A stretch of 64,000 bases of DNA from an uncultured Candidatus Rokubacteria bacterium (GTDB lineage Bacteria > Methylomirabilota > Methylomirabilia > Rokubacteriales > CSP1-6), in NCBI GenBank assembly GCA_963771355.1, contig CAVYTA010000006.1, positions 416,001 through 480,000 of the forward strand. Reading direction: 5' to 3'. Under the pieces are notes generated by a model. The model made no database searches, was not told the origin of the DNA, and worked only from the letters and a program-made list of their open reading frames with translations. The translations under genes and the position numbers were made by a program. Within the stretch, counting starts at the first letter, position 1. The number at the start of each line of letters is the position of its first letter. This document shows, in pieces, positions 1-10,933 of the stretch.

Positions 1-39
1 CCGGACGACTCCCGCACTACTCGGCGCGGGCGGCGTCGC

Positions 40-1017
40 CTACCGTCGCGGGCCCGGCCGCCAGGTCGCCACCATTCCCGCGACGCCCGCGGGCATGAAC
101 CGCATCGAGAGCACGAGGAGCGCCCCGAACACCGGGTGCACCAGGTCGCGGGAAATCGTGCCGGCGATGTCGGGCCAGAACTGCAGGAAGAGGCCCCCGA
201 CCACGGCGCCCCAGACCGAGGTCATGCCGCCGAACACCGAGCCCACCAGCAAGAGAATCGAGAGCCAGTAGGTGAAGCTCTCGGGCGCGATGAAGTCGAG
301 GAGCAGCGCGGCGAGGGCACCGGCGATGCCGGCGTAGGCGGCCCCCGCCGCGAAGATGGCGGCGGTGTAGTGGGCGAGGTCGATCCCCACGACCTGGGCG
401 GCGACGGGATCGTCGCGCAGGGCGCGGATCGCGCGGCCGGTGGCGCTTGCGATCAGATTGCGCGCCATCCAGAGCAGCAGGGCGAGGATCCCGAGGGTGA
501 CGAAGTACCACCATTGATCCTGATTCACGGGCAGATCCACCGGTGCGCTCGGCCGATCCAGGTAGAGGCCCTGCACGCCACCCGTCCAGGGGCTCAGATG
601 GCTGGACTTGAGCATCTGTGGCATCGCGAGGGCAAGGGCGAACGTGGCCAGGGCGAGGTAGAAGCGGGCGAGCCGCGCCACCACGCGCCCGAAGAGGTAC
701 CCGGCGGCCAGGCACACCAGCGCGGCGGCGAGGATTCCCGCGTAGGGGGACACCCCCCCGTGGCGCATCAGCACCGCCATGGTGTAGGCGCCCAGCCCGT
801 AGAACGCGCCGTGCCCGAGCGAGATCAGCCCCGCCTGGCCCGTGATGAGGTTGAGCCCGAGGATGGCAATCGCGTGCGTGGCGGCGAAGGCGAGCTGGTA
901 GGTCCGGAAGTCCCACAGCAGGAACGGGAGCGCGAGCGCGCACGCGACGAGGGGCACCAAGGCGAGGCGCGGATCCAGGGCGCGGGCGCCGGGTCCTGTC
1001 GCCGGCACGGTGGTCAT
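40..1017 (-). CDS. Branched-chain amino acid ABC transporter permease (LivM-like)
   Basis: Multi-TM protein with LGLNLITGQAGLISLGHGAFYGLGAY and GRAIRALRDDPVAAQVVGI motifs; start at ATG 1017 inferred. Confidence 0.85.
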   Translation of the reverse strand: MTTVPATGPGARALDPRLALVPLVACALALPFLLWDFRTYQLAFAATHAIAILGLNLITGQAGLISLGHGAFYGLGAYTMAVLMRHGGVSPYAGILAAALVCLAAGYLFGRVVARLARFYLALATFALALAMPQMLKSSHLSPWTGGVQGLYLDRPSAPVDLPVNQDQWWYFVTLGILALLLWMARNLIASATGRAIRALRDDPVAAQVVGIDLAHYTAAIFAAGAAYAGIAGALAALLLDFIAPESFTYWLSILLLVGSVFGGMTSVWGAVVGGLFLQFWPDIAGTISRDLVHPVFGALLVLSMRFMPAGVAGMVATWRPGPRR

Positions 1018-1101
1018 GTCGTCTTGCCGGGAGGATAGCACGTCTGCTACGGTGGCGCGGCGGGGCAGGGACGCGGCTCACCTCGAGCAGGAGGGATCGA
1101 C

Positions 1102-2334
1102 ATGACGCTGGATGCGCGTGAACGGGACGAGAAGGGGAAGATCTCGCGGCGGGGGCTCATCACGGTGATGGGGGCGGCGGGCGCGGCGATGCTGGCGCCC
1201 GGGCTCGCGCGCGGACAGACCCCGCCGGCCGGTCCGATGGCGCCGCCGAGCACGGTGACCACGCCGCCGCGCGATTTCGGGCCCAATGCGCCGCCCAATG
1301 TGTACTTCACCGATCCGGACGTCCTCACCATACAGCCCGCGTTCGACGGGCTCCGCCAGCCGAACGCGCCGATCCAGCGACTGTGGACGGGCGCGCTGTG
1401 GTCGGAGGGGCCGGCGTGGTCGGGCCAGGGCCGCTACCTCGTGTGGAGCGACATCCCCAATAACCGGCAGCTCCGCTGGCTCGAGGACAACGGGAAGGTG
1501 ACCGTGTTCCGCAGCCCGTCGAACAACAGCAACGGCAACACGTTCGACTTCCAGGGCCGCCAGCTCTCCTGCGAGCATCTCACCCGGCGCGTGGTCCGCT
1601 ACGAGCTCGACGGCTCGGTGACCGTGCTCGCGGAGGCGTTCGGCGGCAAGCGTCTCAACTCGCCGAACGACGTGGTGCCCCATCCGGACGGCAGCTACTG
1701 GTTCACCGATCCGCCCTATGGCGGCCAGCTCTACGAGGGCGCGCCGGACGCCCCGGGCGGACCGAGCAACCGGGCGAGCCGCCTCAACCCGCGGCTGGGG
1801 CAGCCGCCCGAGATCGGCCGCACGAGTCGTGAGCTCCCTACCTCCACGTACCGCCTCGACCCGAGCGGCCGCGTGGATCGGGTGGTGGGCGAGGATCAGG
1901 TGCCGGATCCGAACGGGCTCTGCTTCTCGCCCGACTACAAGAAGCTCTACGTGGTCAGCACCGGGAAGGGGCCGGGCGATACCGGGCCGGGCGGCAAGGG
2001 CGAGATGTACGTGTTCGACGTGGGCAGCGATGGGAAGGCCACCAACGGCAAGCTCTTCAGCAACTTCATGGTAGACGGCGTCAAGTGCGGGCCGGACGGC
2101 GTGCGCGCCGACGTGGAGGGGAACCTCTGGTGCTCGAGCAATGCCGGGCGCAGCGTGGGCTATAGCGGGGTGACGGTGTGGTCGCCGCAGGGGCAGCTCA
2201 TCGGGCGCATCCGCCTCCCCGAGATCTGCGGCAATGTCTGCTTCGGCGGCCCCAAGCGCAATCGCCTCTTCATGGCGGCGAGCCAGTCGCTCTACGCGCT
2301 GTACACCGGGACCCAGGGCGCGGCGCCGGGATAG
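1102..2334 (+). CDS. SMP-30/gluconolactonase family protein, Tat-exported
   Basis: SRRGLI twin-arginine signal; WSEGPAW, LNSPNDVV, DPNGLCFSPD and GPDGVRAD motifs. Confidence 0.9.
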   Translation: MTLDARERDEKGKISRRGLITVMGAAGAAMLAPGLARGQTPPAGPMAPPSTVTTPPRDFGPNAPPNVYFTDPDVLTIQPAFDGLRQPNAPIQRLWTGALWSEGPAWSGQGRYLVWSDIPNNRQLRWLEDNGKVTVFRSPSNNSNGNTFDFQGRQLSCEHLTRRVVRYELDGSVTVLAEAFGGKRLNSPNDVVPHPDGSYWFTDPPYGGQLYEGAPDAPGGPSNRASRLNPRLGQPPEIGRTSRELPTSTYRLDPSGRVDRVVGEDQVPDPNGLCFSPDYKKLYVVSTGKGPGDTGPGGKGEMYVFDVGSDGKATNGKLFSNFMVDGVKCGPDGVRADVEGNLWCSSNAGRSVGYSGVTVWSPQGQLIGRIRLPEICGNVCFGGPKRNRLFMAASQSLYALYTGTQGAAPG

Positions 2335-2392
2335 GCGCCGTCGGCCCGGCAACGGACGACATGCGGAAACCCACCCCCACGCGGAGGCCTCC

Positions 2393-3259
2393 ATGAAGCG
2401 ACTCAGCATCATTCTGCTCGCCATCAGTTTCGTCGGAGCGTTTGCCGGATCCGTCGCCGCCCAGGCGCTGGATGGCACGCTCAAGAAGATCCAGAGCACC
2501 GGCGTCATCCGCGTCGGCTACCGCGAGAGCTCCGCCCCGTTCTCGTTCATGGGACCCGAGGGCAAGCCCGTCGGCTACTCGATCGACCTGTGTGACCGCG
2601 TGGTGCGAGCGGTGCAGGCGGAGCTGAAGCTAGCGAGCCTCAAGGTCCAGTACGTGCCGGTGACGGTGTCGAATCGCGCCGACCTGGTCATCAGCGGCGC
2701 AGTGGATATTGAATGCGGTTCCACCACCATCACGTTGGCCCGCCAGGAGCGGGTGGACTTCACCAACCTCACCTTCATCGACGGGGGCGGGTTTATGGTG
2801 GGGCGAGGCTCCGGCATCCAGGGCATCACGGATCTTGCCGGTAAGAAGATCGGGGTGATCCCGGGCACCACCACCGAGCCTGCGATCAAGGAGGAGCTGC
2901 AGCGGAGCGGCGTCACCGCCACCATCGTTCCCGTCACCGATCACGACAAGGGATTCGCCGCGCTTAAGGCGGGCGAGATCGACGCCTATGTCTCCGACCG
3001 GGTCATCCTCGTCGGCTTGCTCATCCGGGAGAACGCGGCGGACAGCTTCGGCATCACCGATGGGCAGTTCTCCTACGAGCCCTATGCGCTCATGCTGAGG
3101 CGGAACGACTCCGCCTTCCGTCTGGTGGCTAACCGGGCCCTCGCGCGGCTGTATCGCTCCGGCGATATCGCGCCAATCTATAGCAAGTGGTTCGGCGCGG
3201 TGGGGCGGCCGTCGGCTCCGCTCCTCATCATGTACCGGCTCTTCGCGCTGCCCGAGTAG
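2393..3259 (+). CDS. Amino acid ABC transporter substrate-binding protein (GltI-like)
   Basis: Signal peptide; IRVGYRESSAPFSF and DIECGSTTIT motifs; GGAGG SD before ATG 2393. Confidence 0.88.
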   Translation: MKRLSIILLAISFVGAFAGSVAAQALDGTLKKIQSTGVIRVGYRESSAPFSFMGPEGKPVGYSIDLCDRVVRAVQAELKLASLKVQYVPVTVSNRADLVISGAVDIECGSTTITLARQERVDFTNLTFIDGGGFMVGRGSGIQGITDLAGKKIGVIPGTTTEPAIKEELQRSGVTATIVPVTDHDKGFAALKAGEIDAYVSDRVILVGLLIRENAADSFGITDGQFSYEPYALMLRRNDSAFRLVANRALARLYRSGDIAPIYSKWFGAVGRPSAPLLIMYRLFALPE

Positions 3260-3292
3260 AGGCGGGCGGACCCACCCGCGAGGCGCGCGGCG

Positions 3293-4295
3293 GTGCCGAA
3301 CGTGCTGGTGACCATGCCCTTCGACGAGGGCCTGCTCGACCGGCTGCGGGCAGTGTCGCCGGACCTCGCGGTGACGCGGGGCGACCCCGCCACCGCCGAC
3401 TACTCGCGCGCCGACGTGCTCTACGCGGGCAATCCGCCGCGGGATCTCGCGCGCGCTCCGCGGCTCACCTGGGCGCAGCTGCACATGGCGGGGGTGAACG
3501 CGCTGCACGATCACCCCATCTTCGCCGCGCGCCAGGTCGCGCTGACCACCTCGAGCGGCGTGCACGCGGCCGCCATCGCGGAGTACGCGGTCACCATGCT
3601 GCTGGCACTCGCGCACCGAGTGCCCCGCATGGTCGAGTGGCAGGGGCGGGGCGGCTGGCCGCCCGACGAGCAGCGCTGGCCGCTGTTCGTGCCCACCGAG
3701 GTGCGGGGCGCCACGCTGGGCATCATCGGCTACGGGAGCATCGGGCGCGAGCTGGGGCGCATCGCCAAGACCGCGTTCGGCATGACCGTGCTCGCGTGCA
3801 AGCGCGACCCCACGCGGCGGGCGGACGACGGGCTACTGTCTGCCGGGGACCGGTGATCCGGAGGGTCGCGTGCCGGACGAGTGGCTGCCGCCCGCGGGGC
3901 TCCCCGGGCTGCTCGCGCGGTCCGACGTCGTGGTCATGTGCGCGCCGCTCACGCGCGAGACCCGCGGCATGCTCGGCGCGCGCGAGCTCGCCGCCATGAA
4001 GCCCACCGCCTACTTCATCAACGTCGGGCGCGGCGACACGGTGGACGAGACGGCGCTGGCCGCCGCGCTCGGAGCCGGGCGCCTGGCGGGGGCGGCGGTG
4101 GACGTCTTTGCCAAGGAGCCGCCTGCCGCGGGCCACCCGCTCTACGGCCTCGACAACGTCATCCTCTCGCCGCACGTGTCCGGGTTCCTGCCGAGCTACG
4201 ACGAGAAATGCGTGACGCTCTTCGCGGAGAACCTGCGCCGCTATCTGGCCGGCGACGTCCTCCTCAACCTGGTGGACCGCGCCCGCGGCTACTAG
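3293..4295 (+). CDS. D-2-hydroxyacid dehydrogenase family protein (apparent +1 frameshift at ~3831)
   Basis: GIIGYGSIG Rossmann motif in 3293-3856; FINVGRG, DVFAKEP and SPHVSG in 3870-4295; removing one G from GGG 3830-3832 joins the two halves. Confidence 0.85.
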
Positions 4296-5500
4296 ACGCG
4301 CCGCGGAAGACCGCCCGCCGCCCGCGACGACGACGTGCCCAGCGCGAAGAGCACCGCGCTCGCGACGACGGCGAAGGGTGCAGCCCCGAAGGCGATCGCG
4401 TAGGAGCCGGTGAAGTCGTGGAGAAAGCCCGCCGCCGCCGGACCCAGCGCGGCGCCGCAGCGCCAGCCCAGGGTGAGGATGCCCATGATGGCGCCGATCG
4501 CGCGCATGCCGAACAGATCGGGCACCACCTTCACCACCATGGTGTCCGTGGCGGCGAAGCCGGCGCCGAAGAGCGCCACCGAGGCCAGGAGAATCTCGCG
4601 CGAGGGAATCCAGCGCAGGGCGAGCAGGGCGACGGCGGTGAGGCCGTAGGCGACGTAGATCGTGGTCCGAGGCCCGAGGCGATCGGAGAAGGCCCCGCCG
4701 GTGAGCCGGCCCAGCGCGGCGCCGAGTCCATAGGTGGTGAGCGCGAGTGATGCCCCCGCCAGGCCGATGCCCTGGTCCCGCGCGAAGGGCACGATGTGGA
4801 CGGACACCATGAGGGCCAGCGCGCCCTGGAGCAGCCAGGATCCATTGAGGTACCAGTGCCGCGGATCCGCCAGCGCCTCGCGCAAGGTGGCGCCGGGCCC
4901 GACGCCCAGCGCCGAGCCGCGGGACCCGGCGGAGCCGTCGCGGAGCGCGGCTCCTTCGGTCCCGCGCGGGAGCCGCACGGACAGCGCGGCCGCGAGCGTG
5001 ACGAGCCCGGCGCCTCCGGCCAGCCACGCGTAGGCATGGCGCCAGCCCACCGCCTCGATCAGCCAGGCCGCGAGCGGCCCCCCGGTGATGTACCCCAGGT
5101 TGAACCCGACGAAGACGACGGCGAGGGCGAGACCACGGTGCGCGACGAACCAGTGGGCCACGGTGGAGGCGCCCAGCAGATAGAAGCCCGACATCCCCAC
5201 TCCGGCCAGCACGCCCACGAAGAGATAGAGCTGCCAGAGGCTGTGCACCGTGGCGACGAGCATGAACCCCGCCGTGGCCAGGATCACGGTGACGACGAGC
5301 AGGAGCCGCGGCCCGTGGCGGTCCGCCAGCGCGCCGACCACGAACCCGGCCACGCCGCCCAGGATCAGATTCAGCGACAGTGCGGCGGAGATGGCGCCCC
5401 GGCTCCAGCCGAAGGTCTCGGCGAGCACGGGCAGGAAGACGCCGTAGGCGGCGAGCGGGGTCGAGATCCCGTAGGTGACCGCGAAGAGCGCGGCCACCAC
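4292..5500 (-). CDS. MFS transporter
   Basis: About 12 TM segments; MFS motif A GALADRHGPR and GAFSDRLGPR; start uncertain. Confidence 0.85.
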   Translation of the reverse strand: MVAALFAVTYGISTPLAAYGVFLPVLAETFGWSRGAISAALSLNLILGGVAGFVVGALADRHGPRLLLVVTVILATAGFMLVATVHSLWQLYLFVGVLAGVGMSGFYLLGASTVAHWFVAHRGLALAVVFVGFNLGYITGGPLAAWLIEAVGWRHAYAWLAGGAGLVTLAAALSVRLPRGTEGAALRDGSAGSRGSALGVGPGATLREALADPRHWYLNGSWLLQGALALMVSVHIVPFARDQGIGLAGASLALTTYGLGAALGRLTGGAFSDRLGPRTTIYVAYGLTAVALLALRWIPSREILLASVALFGAGFAATDTMVVKVVPDLFGMRAIGAIMGILTLGWRCGAALGPAAAGFLHDFTGSYAIAFGAAPFAVVASAVLFALGTSSSRAAGGLPRRV

Positions 5501-5686
5501 GAGCCAGCGGCGGGCGTGCGGGCGCAGGGGGCGCTAGCCGAGATCCCGCTCGGTCGGCTCGCGCCGCGCGCGCGTCACCGTGCCCCGTCTCTTCAGCATC
5601 GGCGGCTATGTTAGCCCAAGCCCGTGTACAATGCCGTGACGCATTGAGGGAGTGACGCGGTGCCCCCGGTTCTCAGGAGAGCGGAC

Positions 5687-7042
5687 ATGGCCGACGCCCG
5701 GACGATCGAGCATCTGTGGACGCACAAGACGCAGGACCACCCCTGGCTGGCCGACGAGGATCTCGTCATCGACCATGCCGAGGGCGTGTGGGTGTGGACG
5801 GAGAAGGGCAAGAAGCTCCTGGACGGCTTCGCCGGGCTCGCGGTGGTGAACGTGGGCCACGGCCGCCGCGAGATCGCGGAGGCCATCGCGGAGCAGACGG
5901 TGCGGCTCGCCTACTACCCCACCACGCGCCAGTTCTCCAATCGGCCCGCGGCGGAGCTTGCCGCCCGACTGGCCAGCCTCACGCCGGGCGACCTCCGCTA
6001 CTCCTTCTTCGCGGTGAGCGGCTCCGAAGCCAACGAGCGGTCCATGCAGATCGCCCGGCAGTACTGGCTCGCCAAGGGCAAGACCGCCAAGCACAAGGTC
6101 ATCTCGTTCGAGGGCGGCTATCACGGCGCCACCATGGGCACCTTCGCGGTCTGCGGGCTGCCCCAGCTCGCGGCGCCCTATGCCCCGCTGCAGGTCCCGG
6201 GCTTCGCCAAGGTGAAGCCGCCGCATCCCTTCCGCGACCGCGGCACCGGCACCGACGCGGAGCTGATCGCGCGCCGCGCGGCCGAGCTGCGGGAGGCCAT
6301 CCTCCGCGAGGGGCCGGACACGGTGTCGGCGGTGATCCTCGAGCCCGTGCTCTCGTCGGGTGGCTTCATCATGCCGCCCATCGGCTGGCTGCGCGCGGTG
6401 CGCGCGATCTGCGACGAGCTGGACGTGCTCATGATCGCGGACGAGGTCATCACCGGCTTCGGACGCACCGGGCGCTGGTTCGCGTGCGAGCACGACGGCG
6501 TGGTGCCCGATCTCATGTCGGTGGCCAAGGGCATCACCTCGGGCTATATCCCGCTGTCCGCCAGCATCGCCCGCCCGCATCTGGCCGACGCCTTCCCCGC
6601 CGGCTCCACCCAGGAGAACGTGCACCCGAACACCTATGCCGCCCATCCCGTCGCCTGCGCGGCGGCGCTGGCCACCATTCGCATCATGGAGCAGGACAAG
6701 CTGGTGGAGAACGCGGAGGCCATGGGGCAGCGCCTGCTCGCGGGGCTGCAGGGGGCGCTCGGCCGCTCGCCCATCGTGGGTGAGGTGCGGGGCCGCGGCC
6801 TGCTGGTCTGCGTGGACCTGGTCGAGCCGGACGGATCCGGGAAGTCCTTGGATCCCAAGACCGTGGCCGAGCTGGACCGGAAGGCGTGGGACCGGGGCGC
6901 GATCGTCTACGCGCGGGGAAACGTGCTCCGGCTCGCGCCGCCCCTGTGCATCACCAGCCACGAGGTGGACGAGCTGGTCGGCGTGGTGGCGGACAGCGTG
7001 AACGAGCTGGCCCGCGACCTCAGCAGCGGGCGGGGTCGGTGA
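5687..7042 (+). CDS. Class III PLP-dependent aminotransferase
   Basis: SGSEANE, YHGAT, IADEVITGFGRTG and SVAKGITSGY motifs; AGGAG SD. Confidence 0.92.
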   Translation: MADARTIEHLWTHKTQDHPWLADEDLVIDHAEGVWVWTEKGKKLLDGFAGLAVVNVGHGRREIAEAIAEQTVRLAYYPTTRQFSNRPAAELAARLASLTPGDLRYSFFAVSGSEANERSMQIARQYWLAKGKTAKHKVISFEGGYHGATMGTFAVCGLPQLAAPYAPLQVPGFAKVKPPHPFRDRGTGTDAELIARRAAELREAILREGPDTVSAVILEPVLSSGGFIMPPIGWLRAVRAICDELDVLMIADEVITGFGRTGRWFACEHDGVVPDLMSVAKGITSGYIPLSASIARPHLADAFPAGSTQENVHPNTYAAHPVACAAALATIRIMEQDKLVENAEAMGQRLLAGLQGALGRSPIVGEVRGRGLLVCVDLVEPDGSGKSLDPKTVAELDRKAWDRGAIVYARGNVLRLAPPLCITSHEVDELVGVVADSVNELARDLSSGRGR

Positions 7043-7397
7043 CCGTCAGCCGCACCGCGCCGGACGCCGCGTCGTAGTCGAAGTCTCCGCCCGCGCACTG
7101 GAACCGCGGCGGACCGGCCAGGAGCGCGACCACCGCGCTCTTGTCGGGCGGCCATTTCCCCTCGTTCGTGGCCTGGTAGGTCCGGAGGGCGCCGACCAGA
7201 GCGGCCAGGGTCGCCTGGTCGGCGGCCAGCCGGGCATGCGCGAGCGGGCGCTCCTCCTGGAATTTCTCCACCGTCTTGGCGGTCGAGCCCACGTACTTGT
7301 AGACCAAGGCGCCCGCCACCGCCACCACCACCAGCACCACCGCGATCTCGATGAGGCCGAGGCCGCGCTGATTCCCCACCAGCCTGCGGAGCCGCAT
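7020..7397 (-). CDS. Prepilin-type N-terminal cleavage/methylation domain protein (pilin/pseudopilin-like)
   Basis: NQRG|LGLIEIAVVLVVVAV: class III signal with Glu at +5, followed by a short Cys-pair domain. Confidence 0.7.
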   Translation of the reverse strand: MRLRRLVGNQRGLGLIEIAVVLVVVAVAGALVYKYVGSTAKTVEKFQEERPLAHARLAADQATLAALVGALRTYQATNEGKWPPDKSAVVALLAGPPRFQCAGGDFDYDAASGAVRLTVTDPARC

Positions 7398-7444
7398 GCC
7401 GTGTCCCCCTCGCGGCGAGTGTATAGCGGCGGTATCATCGGGGC

Positions 7445-7708
7445 GTGAAACATTCGCTGGCGCGCGCCCTCGACTTCCTGGCCGCCGGGGCCTGGCAGGA
7501 CGCCCACGGCATCGTGCAGGCCGAGGACTCTCCGCTCGCGGCGTGGCTCCACGGCATCGTGCACACGCTGGAGGGCGACCTCGACAACGCCCGCTACTGG
7601 TACCGCAAGGCGAACCGCGCCTTTCCGGGGCCCGAGGCCGTCCAGGGCGAGATCGCGGCCGCGCGCGCCGAGGTCCGGGGTGGGGAGACCGGCCGTCTCC
7701 CGGAATGA
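7445..7708 (+). CDS. Small conserved hypothetical helical protein
   Basis: WQDAHGIVQ...WLHGIVHTLEGDLDNARYWY pattern; GC3-biased codons. Confidence 0.7.
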   Translation: MKHSLARALDFLAAGAWQDAHGIVQAEDSPLAAWLHGIVHTLEGDLDNARYWYRKANRAFPGPEAVQGEIAAARAEVRGGETGRLPE

Positions 7709-7887
7709 AGCTGACGACCCGGCTCTCCGCGTGGGCGTTGTACCAGTTTCAGAACGGCATGATCTACGGGATCGGCTGGTTTCTCCGGCCGCGCTTCATC
7801 ATCGGCACCTTCCTGGTCCTGGCCCTGCTGTACGCGGCCGGAATCCTGTTGACGCGTCTGGTCGGCTACGTCCGGGGCGCCGGGTAG
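7705..7887 (+). CDS. Small membrane protein (60 aa)
   Basis: ATGA overlap with the upstream gene; MKLTTRLSAW... followed by a hydrophobic TM segment. Confidence 0.55.
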   Translation: MKLTTRLSAWALYQFQNGMIYGIGWFLRPRFIIGTFLVLALLYAAGILLTRLVGYVRGAG

Positions 7888-7980
7888 ATTGACGAGGGCC
7901 GGCCAACGGTGCCATCCTGCGCGGGTGCGCGGGATACCGCGCCTGTCTCTCAGGGGAACCCGCAGTGGAGGTCGCCGCAC

Positions 7981-9042
7981 ATGGCCACCATGACCGCGCA
8001 GCCGCTCGAGGGTCCCGCCGCCTGGCGGGGAGCCGACCTCGCCCGAACCACCGACTGGATCTGGCCCATCTCCGCCGCGGCGGCAGGGGAGCTGGACGCC
8101 GCGCTGCAGGGGGTGAAGCGGCGCGGTCTCGCCTGGCGCGACATCCGTCGTGAGGATTTCCCCATTCCCGACTTCGCGCGGACGCTGGCCGAGGTCCAGC
8201 GCGAGCTGGAGGACGGCCGAGGCGTCGTCCTCCTCCGGGGCCTGCCGGTGGAAGGCTACACCGAGGACGAGCTGCGGCAGCTCTACTTCGGCATCGGCGC
8301 CCATCTGGGCTCGGCGCGCTATCAGAACTCGCGAGGCGAGCTGATCGGAGAGGTGCGCGACGAGGTCCGGGTGTACGGCGCGGTGAGCCAGCCCGCCATG
8401 CCCGACCGGGACGCGAGCGCTCCGCCCACCTCGCGCTACAAGGCGCGCTCGAGCGGGCCCCTGCGCTTCCATACCGATCGCACCGACGTGGTGGCCCTGC
8501 TCTGCGTGCGCCAGGCGCGGGCGGGCGGACAGAGCAAGGTGGTCAGCTCGGTGGCCATTCACGACGCCATCCTCGCGCGCCGCCCCGACTTGCACGCGCT
8601 GCTCCTCCAGGACTATCACCGGAGCCGCGAGGGCGAGGAGGCCGGCGGAGAACGTCGCACCTTCGCGCTCCCCGTCTGGGGAATTCGCGACGGACGGTTC
8701 ACGAGCCAGTACTCGCGCACCTTCGTCGAGGCCGCCCAGCGCCTGCCCGGCGTGCCGCCGCTCACCGCGGCCCAGGACGAGGCGCTCGATCTCCTCGCCG
8801 AGGTGGCGGAGGAGCTCTGCTACGAGATGACGCTCGAGCCGGGGGACATCCAGCTCCTCAACAGCCACGTCACCTACCACGCGCGCACCGCCTACGAGGA
8901 CGACGCGGCGCGGAAGCAGGACCGTCTGCTCTACCGCCTGTGGCTCTCCGTGCCGAACAGCCGGGCGCTACCGCCCGGCTTCGAGGTGCTCTGGGGTCGC
9001 ATCGAGGCCGGCGCGCTCCGCGGCGGGATCGACCAGCGATGA
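7981..9042 (+). CDS. TauD/TfdA family Fe(II)/2-oxoglutarate dioxygenase
   Basis: FHTD and YHAR facial triad; LEPGDIQLLN and RLLYRLWL motifs. Confidence 0.88.
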   Translation: MATMTAQPLEGPAAWRGADLARTTDWIWPISAAAAGELDAALQGVKRRGLAWRDIRREDFPIPDFARTLAEVQRELEDGRGVVLLRGLPVEGYTEDELRQLYFGIGAHLGSARYQNSRGELIGEVRDEVRVYGAVSQPAMPDRDASAPPTSRYKARSSGPLRFHTDRTDVVALLCVRQARAGGQSKVVSSVAIHDAILARRPDLHALLLQDYHRSREGEEAGGERRTFALPVWGIRDGRFTSQYSRTFVEAAQRLPGVPPLTAAQDEALDLLAEVAEELCYEMTLEPGDIQLLNSHVTYHARTAYEDDAARKQDRLLYRLWLSVPNSRALPPGFEVLWGRIEAGALRGGIDQR

Positions 9043-10584
9043 CACGCGGAGGCCGGCGGTTCGCGCTGGGCGTCGCGCTCCTGGCGGCGGCGCTGACGCT
9101 CGCGCCCGCGCCCGAGCCCGCGCGGGCGCAGGCCAAGCCCGAGGGCGAGATGCGCTGGGCGCTCTACGTCACCGTCCCGCCGGCCTGGTTCGATCCCGGC
9201 GACGTGGTGGGGGTCATCACGCCGTTCTGGATCCTCTATGCCCTGCACGACGCGCTGGTGAAGCCGATGCCCGGCAATCACCTGACGCCGAGCCTGGCCG
9301 AGTCCTGGACGGTGAGCCCGGACCAGAAGGTCTACGAGTTCAAGCTGCGCCAGGGCGTGAAGTTCCACAACGGCGACCCATTCACCGCCGAGGACGTGAA
9401 GTTCAGCTTCCACCGCGCCAAGGCCAAGCTCCTCCACGAGAAGGTCAAGGACGTGGTGATCGCCGATCCCGCACCGCGTGCGCTTCGTGCTGCACGAGCC
9501 GTGGCCCGACTTCATGACCTTTTACGGCACCTTCGTGTCCGGGGCCGGCTGGGTCGTGCCCAAGAAATACATCGAGCAGGTGGGCGTGGAGGGCTTCCGC
9601 AAGCACCCCATCGGGCTCGGGCCCTACAAGTTCGTGAGCATCAACCCAGGCATCGAGCTGGTCATGGAGGCCTACGAGGGCTACTGGCGCAAGATGCCGT
9701 CGGTGAAGCGTCTCGTCTACAAGAGCGTGCCCGACGCCACCACGCGGCTGGCCATGCTCAAGCGGGGCGAGGTGGACCTCGCGTATCTCATCGACGTCCC
9801 GATGGCCGAGGACATCAAGCGGGATCCCACCCTCAAGCTGGCGTTTTCCGGCGGCATCGGGACCACCTATCTCGACTTCCTGGACATGTGGGATCCCAAG
9901 TCGCCCTGGCACGACAAGCGCGTGCGGCAGGCGGCGAGCCTGGCCATCGACCGCCGAGGCCTCAGCGACGCGGAGACGGTGGGGGCCTCCATTCCCACCG
10001 GCAATGTGGTGCCGAAGGGCTTCGAGTTCGCCATCCCCATCGAGCCGGACCCCTACAATCCCGCGCGGGCCAAGCAGCTCCTCGCCGAGGCGGGCTATCC
10101 AAAGGGGTTCGACGCGGGCGATCTGTATCCCTGGCCGCCCTACTTCTCGACGGGGGAGACGGTGACCAACTACCTCGCCGCCATCGGCATCAAGACGCGA
10201 GTGCGCACCATGGAGCGCGCGGCCTTCTACTCGGCCCTGTCCTCGAAGAAGCTCAAGGGGCTCTGCGTGTGCGTCAACGCCGTGTACGGCAATGCGGCCT
10301 CGCGCCTGTCCGAGACCGTGCCCGCCGAGGGCAACTACGCCTACGGCGCCTGGCCGGACATCGAGGCGCTCTACGCCCAGCAGGGGCGCGAGACCGATCG
10401 GAAGAAGCGCGAGGCCATGCTCCGGCAGATCCAGCAGCAGCTCAGCGAGCGCGTGCGCTTTGCGCCCATCTACGACTATATCTGGCCGAGCGCGGTGGGG
10501 CCGCGGGTGGCGGAACCGGCGCTCATGCTGATCAATCCCTATCCCTGGTCGGCTCCCCTCGAGGACGTCCGCCTCAAGAAATAG
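9039..10584 (+). CDS. ABC transporter substrate-binding protein, family 5 (apparent +1 frameshift at ~9469)
   Basis: LAESWTVS..FKLRQGVKFHNGDPFTAEDVKFS then PIGLGPYKF and VRQAASLAIDR; deleting one C at 9468-9470 restores the frame. Confidence 0.88.
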
Positions 10585-10608
10585 TCCCCAGGACACAAGG
10601 AGATCTCG

Positions 10609-10926
10609 ATGCTCGCGATGTGGGTGAAGGTGCGGATCAAGCCGGATCAGCGGAAGCGCTTTCTCGAGGCCATCGAGGCGGACGCCCTGGGCTCGGAGCG
10701 GGACGAGCCCGGCTGTCTTCGCTTCAACGTGCTGCAGGACGAGAAGGACGCCAACGTCTACTACTTCTTCGAGGTGTACAAGGACCAGGCGGCGCTGGAG
10801 GCCCATCGCCTCACCCCGCACTACGCGACGTGGCGGGCGGCGGCCGATACGCTCGATGGTCCCACCGAGCCCACCCGCTGCGCGACGGTCTTCCCCGCCG
10901 CGCGGCCCTACTGGGGCAAGGTCTAG
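10609..10926 (+). CDS. Antibiotic biosynthesis monooxygenase (ABM)/quinol monooxygenase family protein
   Basis: EPGCLRFNV and FEVYKDQAALEAHRLTPHY motifs. Confidence 0.88.
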   Translation: MLAMWVKVRIKPDQRKRFLEAIEADALGSERDEPGCLRFNVLQDEKDANVYYFFEVYKDQAALEAHRLTPHYATWRAAADTLDGPTEPTRCATVFPAARPYWGKV

Positions 10927-10933
10927 CCGCCGC

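Noticed and set aside
5500..5578. Amber read-through in the MFS N-terminus (in-frame TAG at 5534-5536 after GTG 5578)
   Set aside because: Single instance in a non-conserved region with no pyrrolysine genes; a downstream start or base error is simpler.
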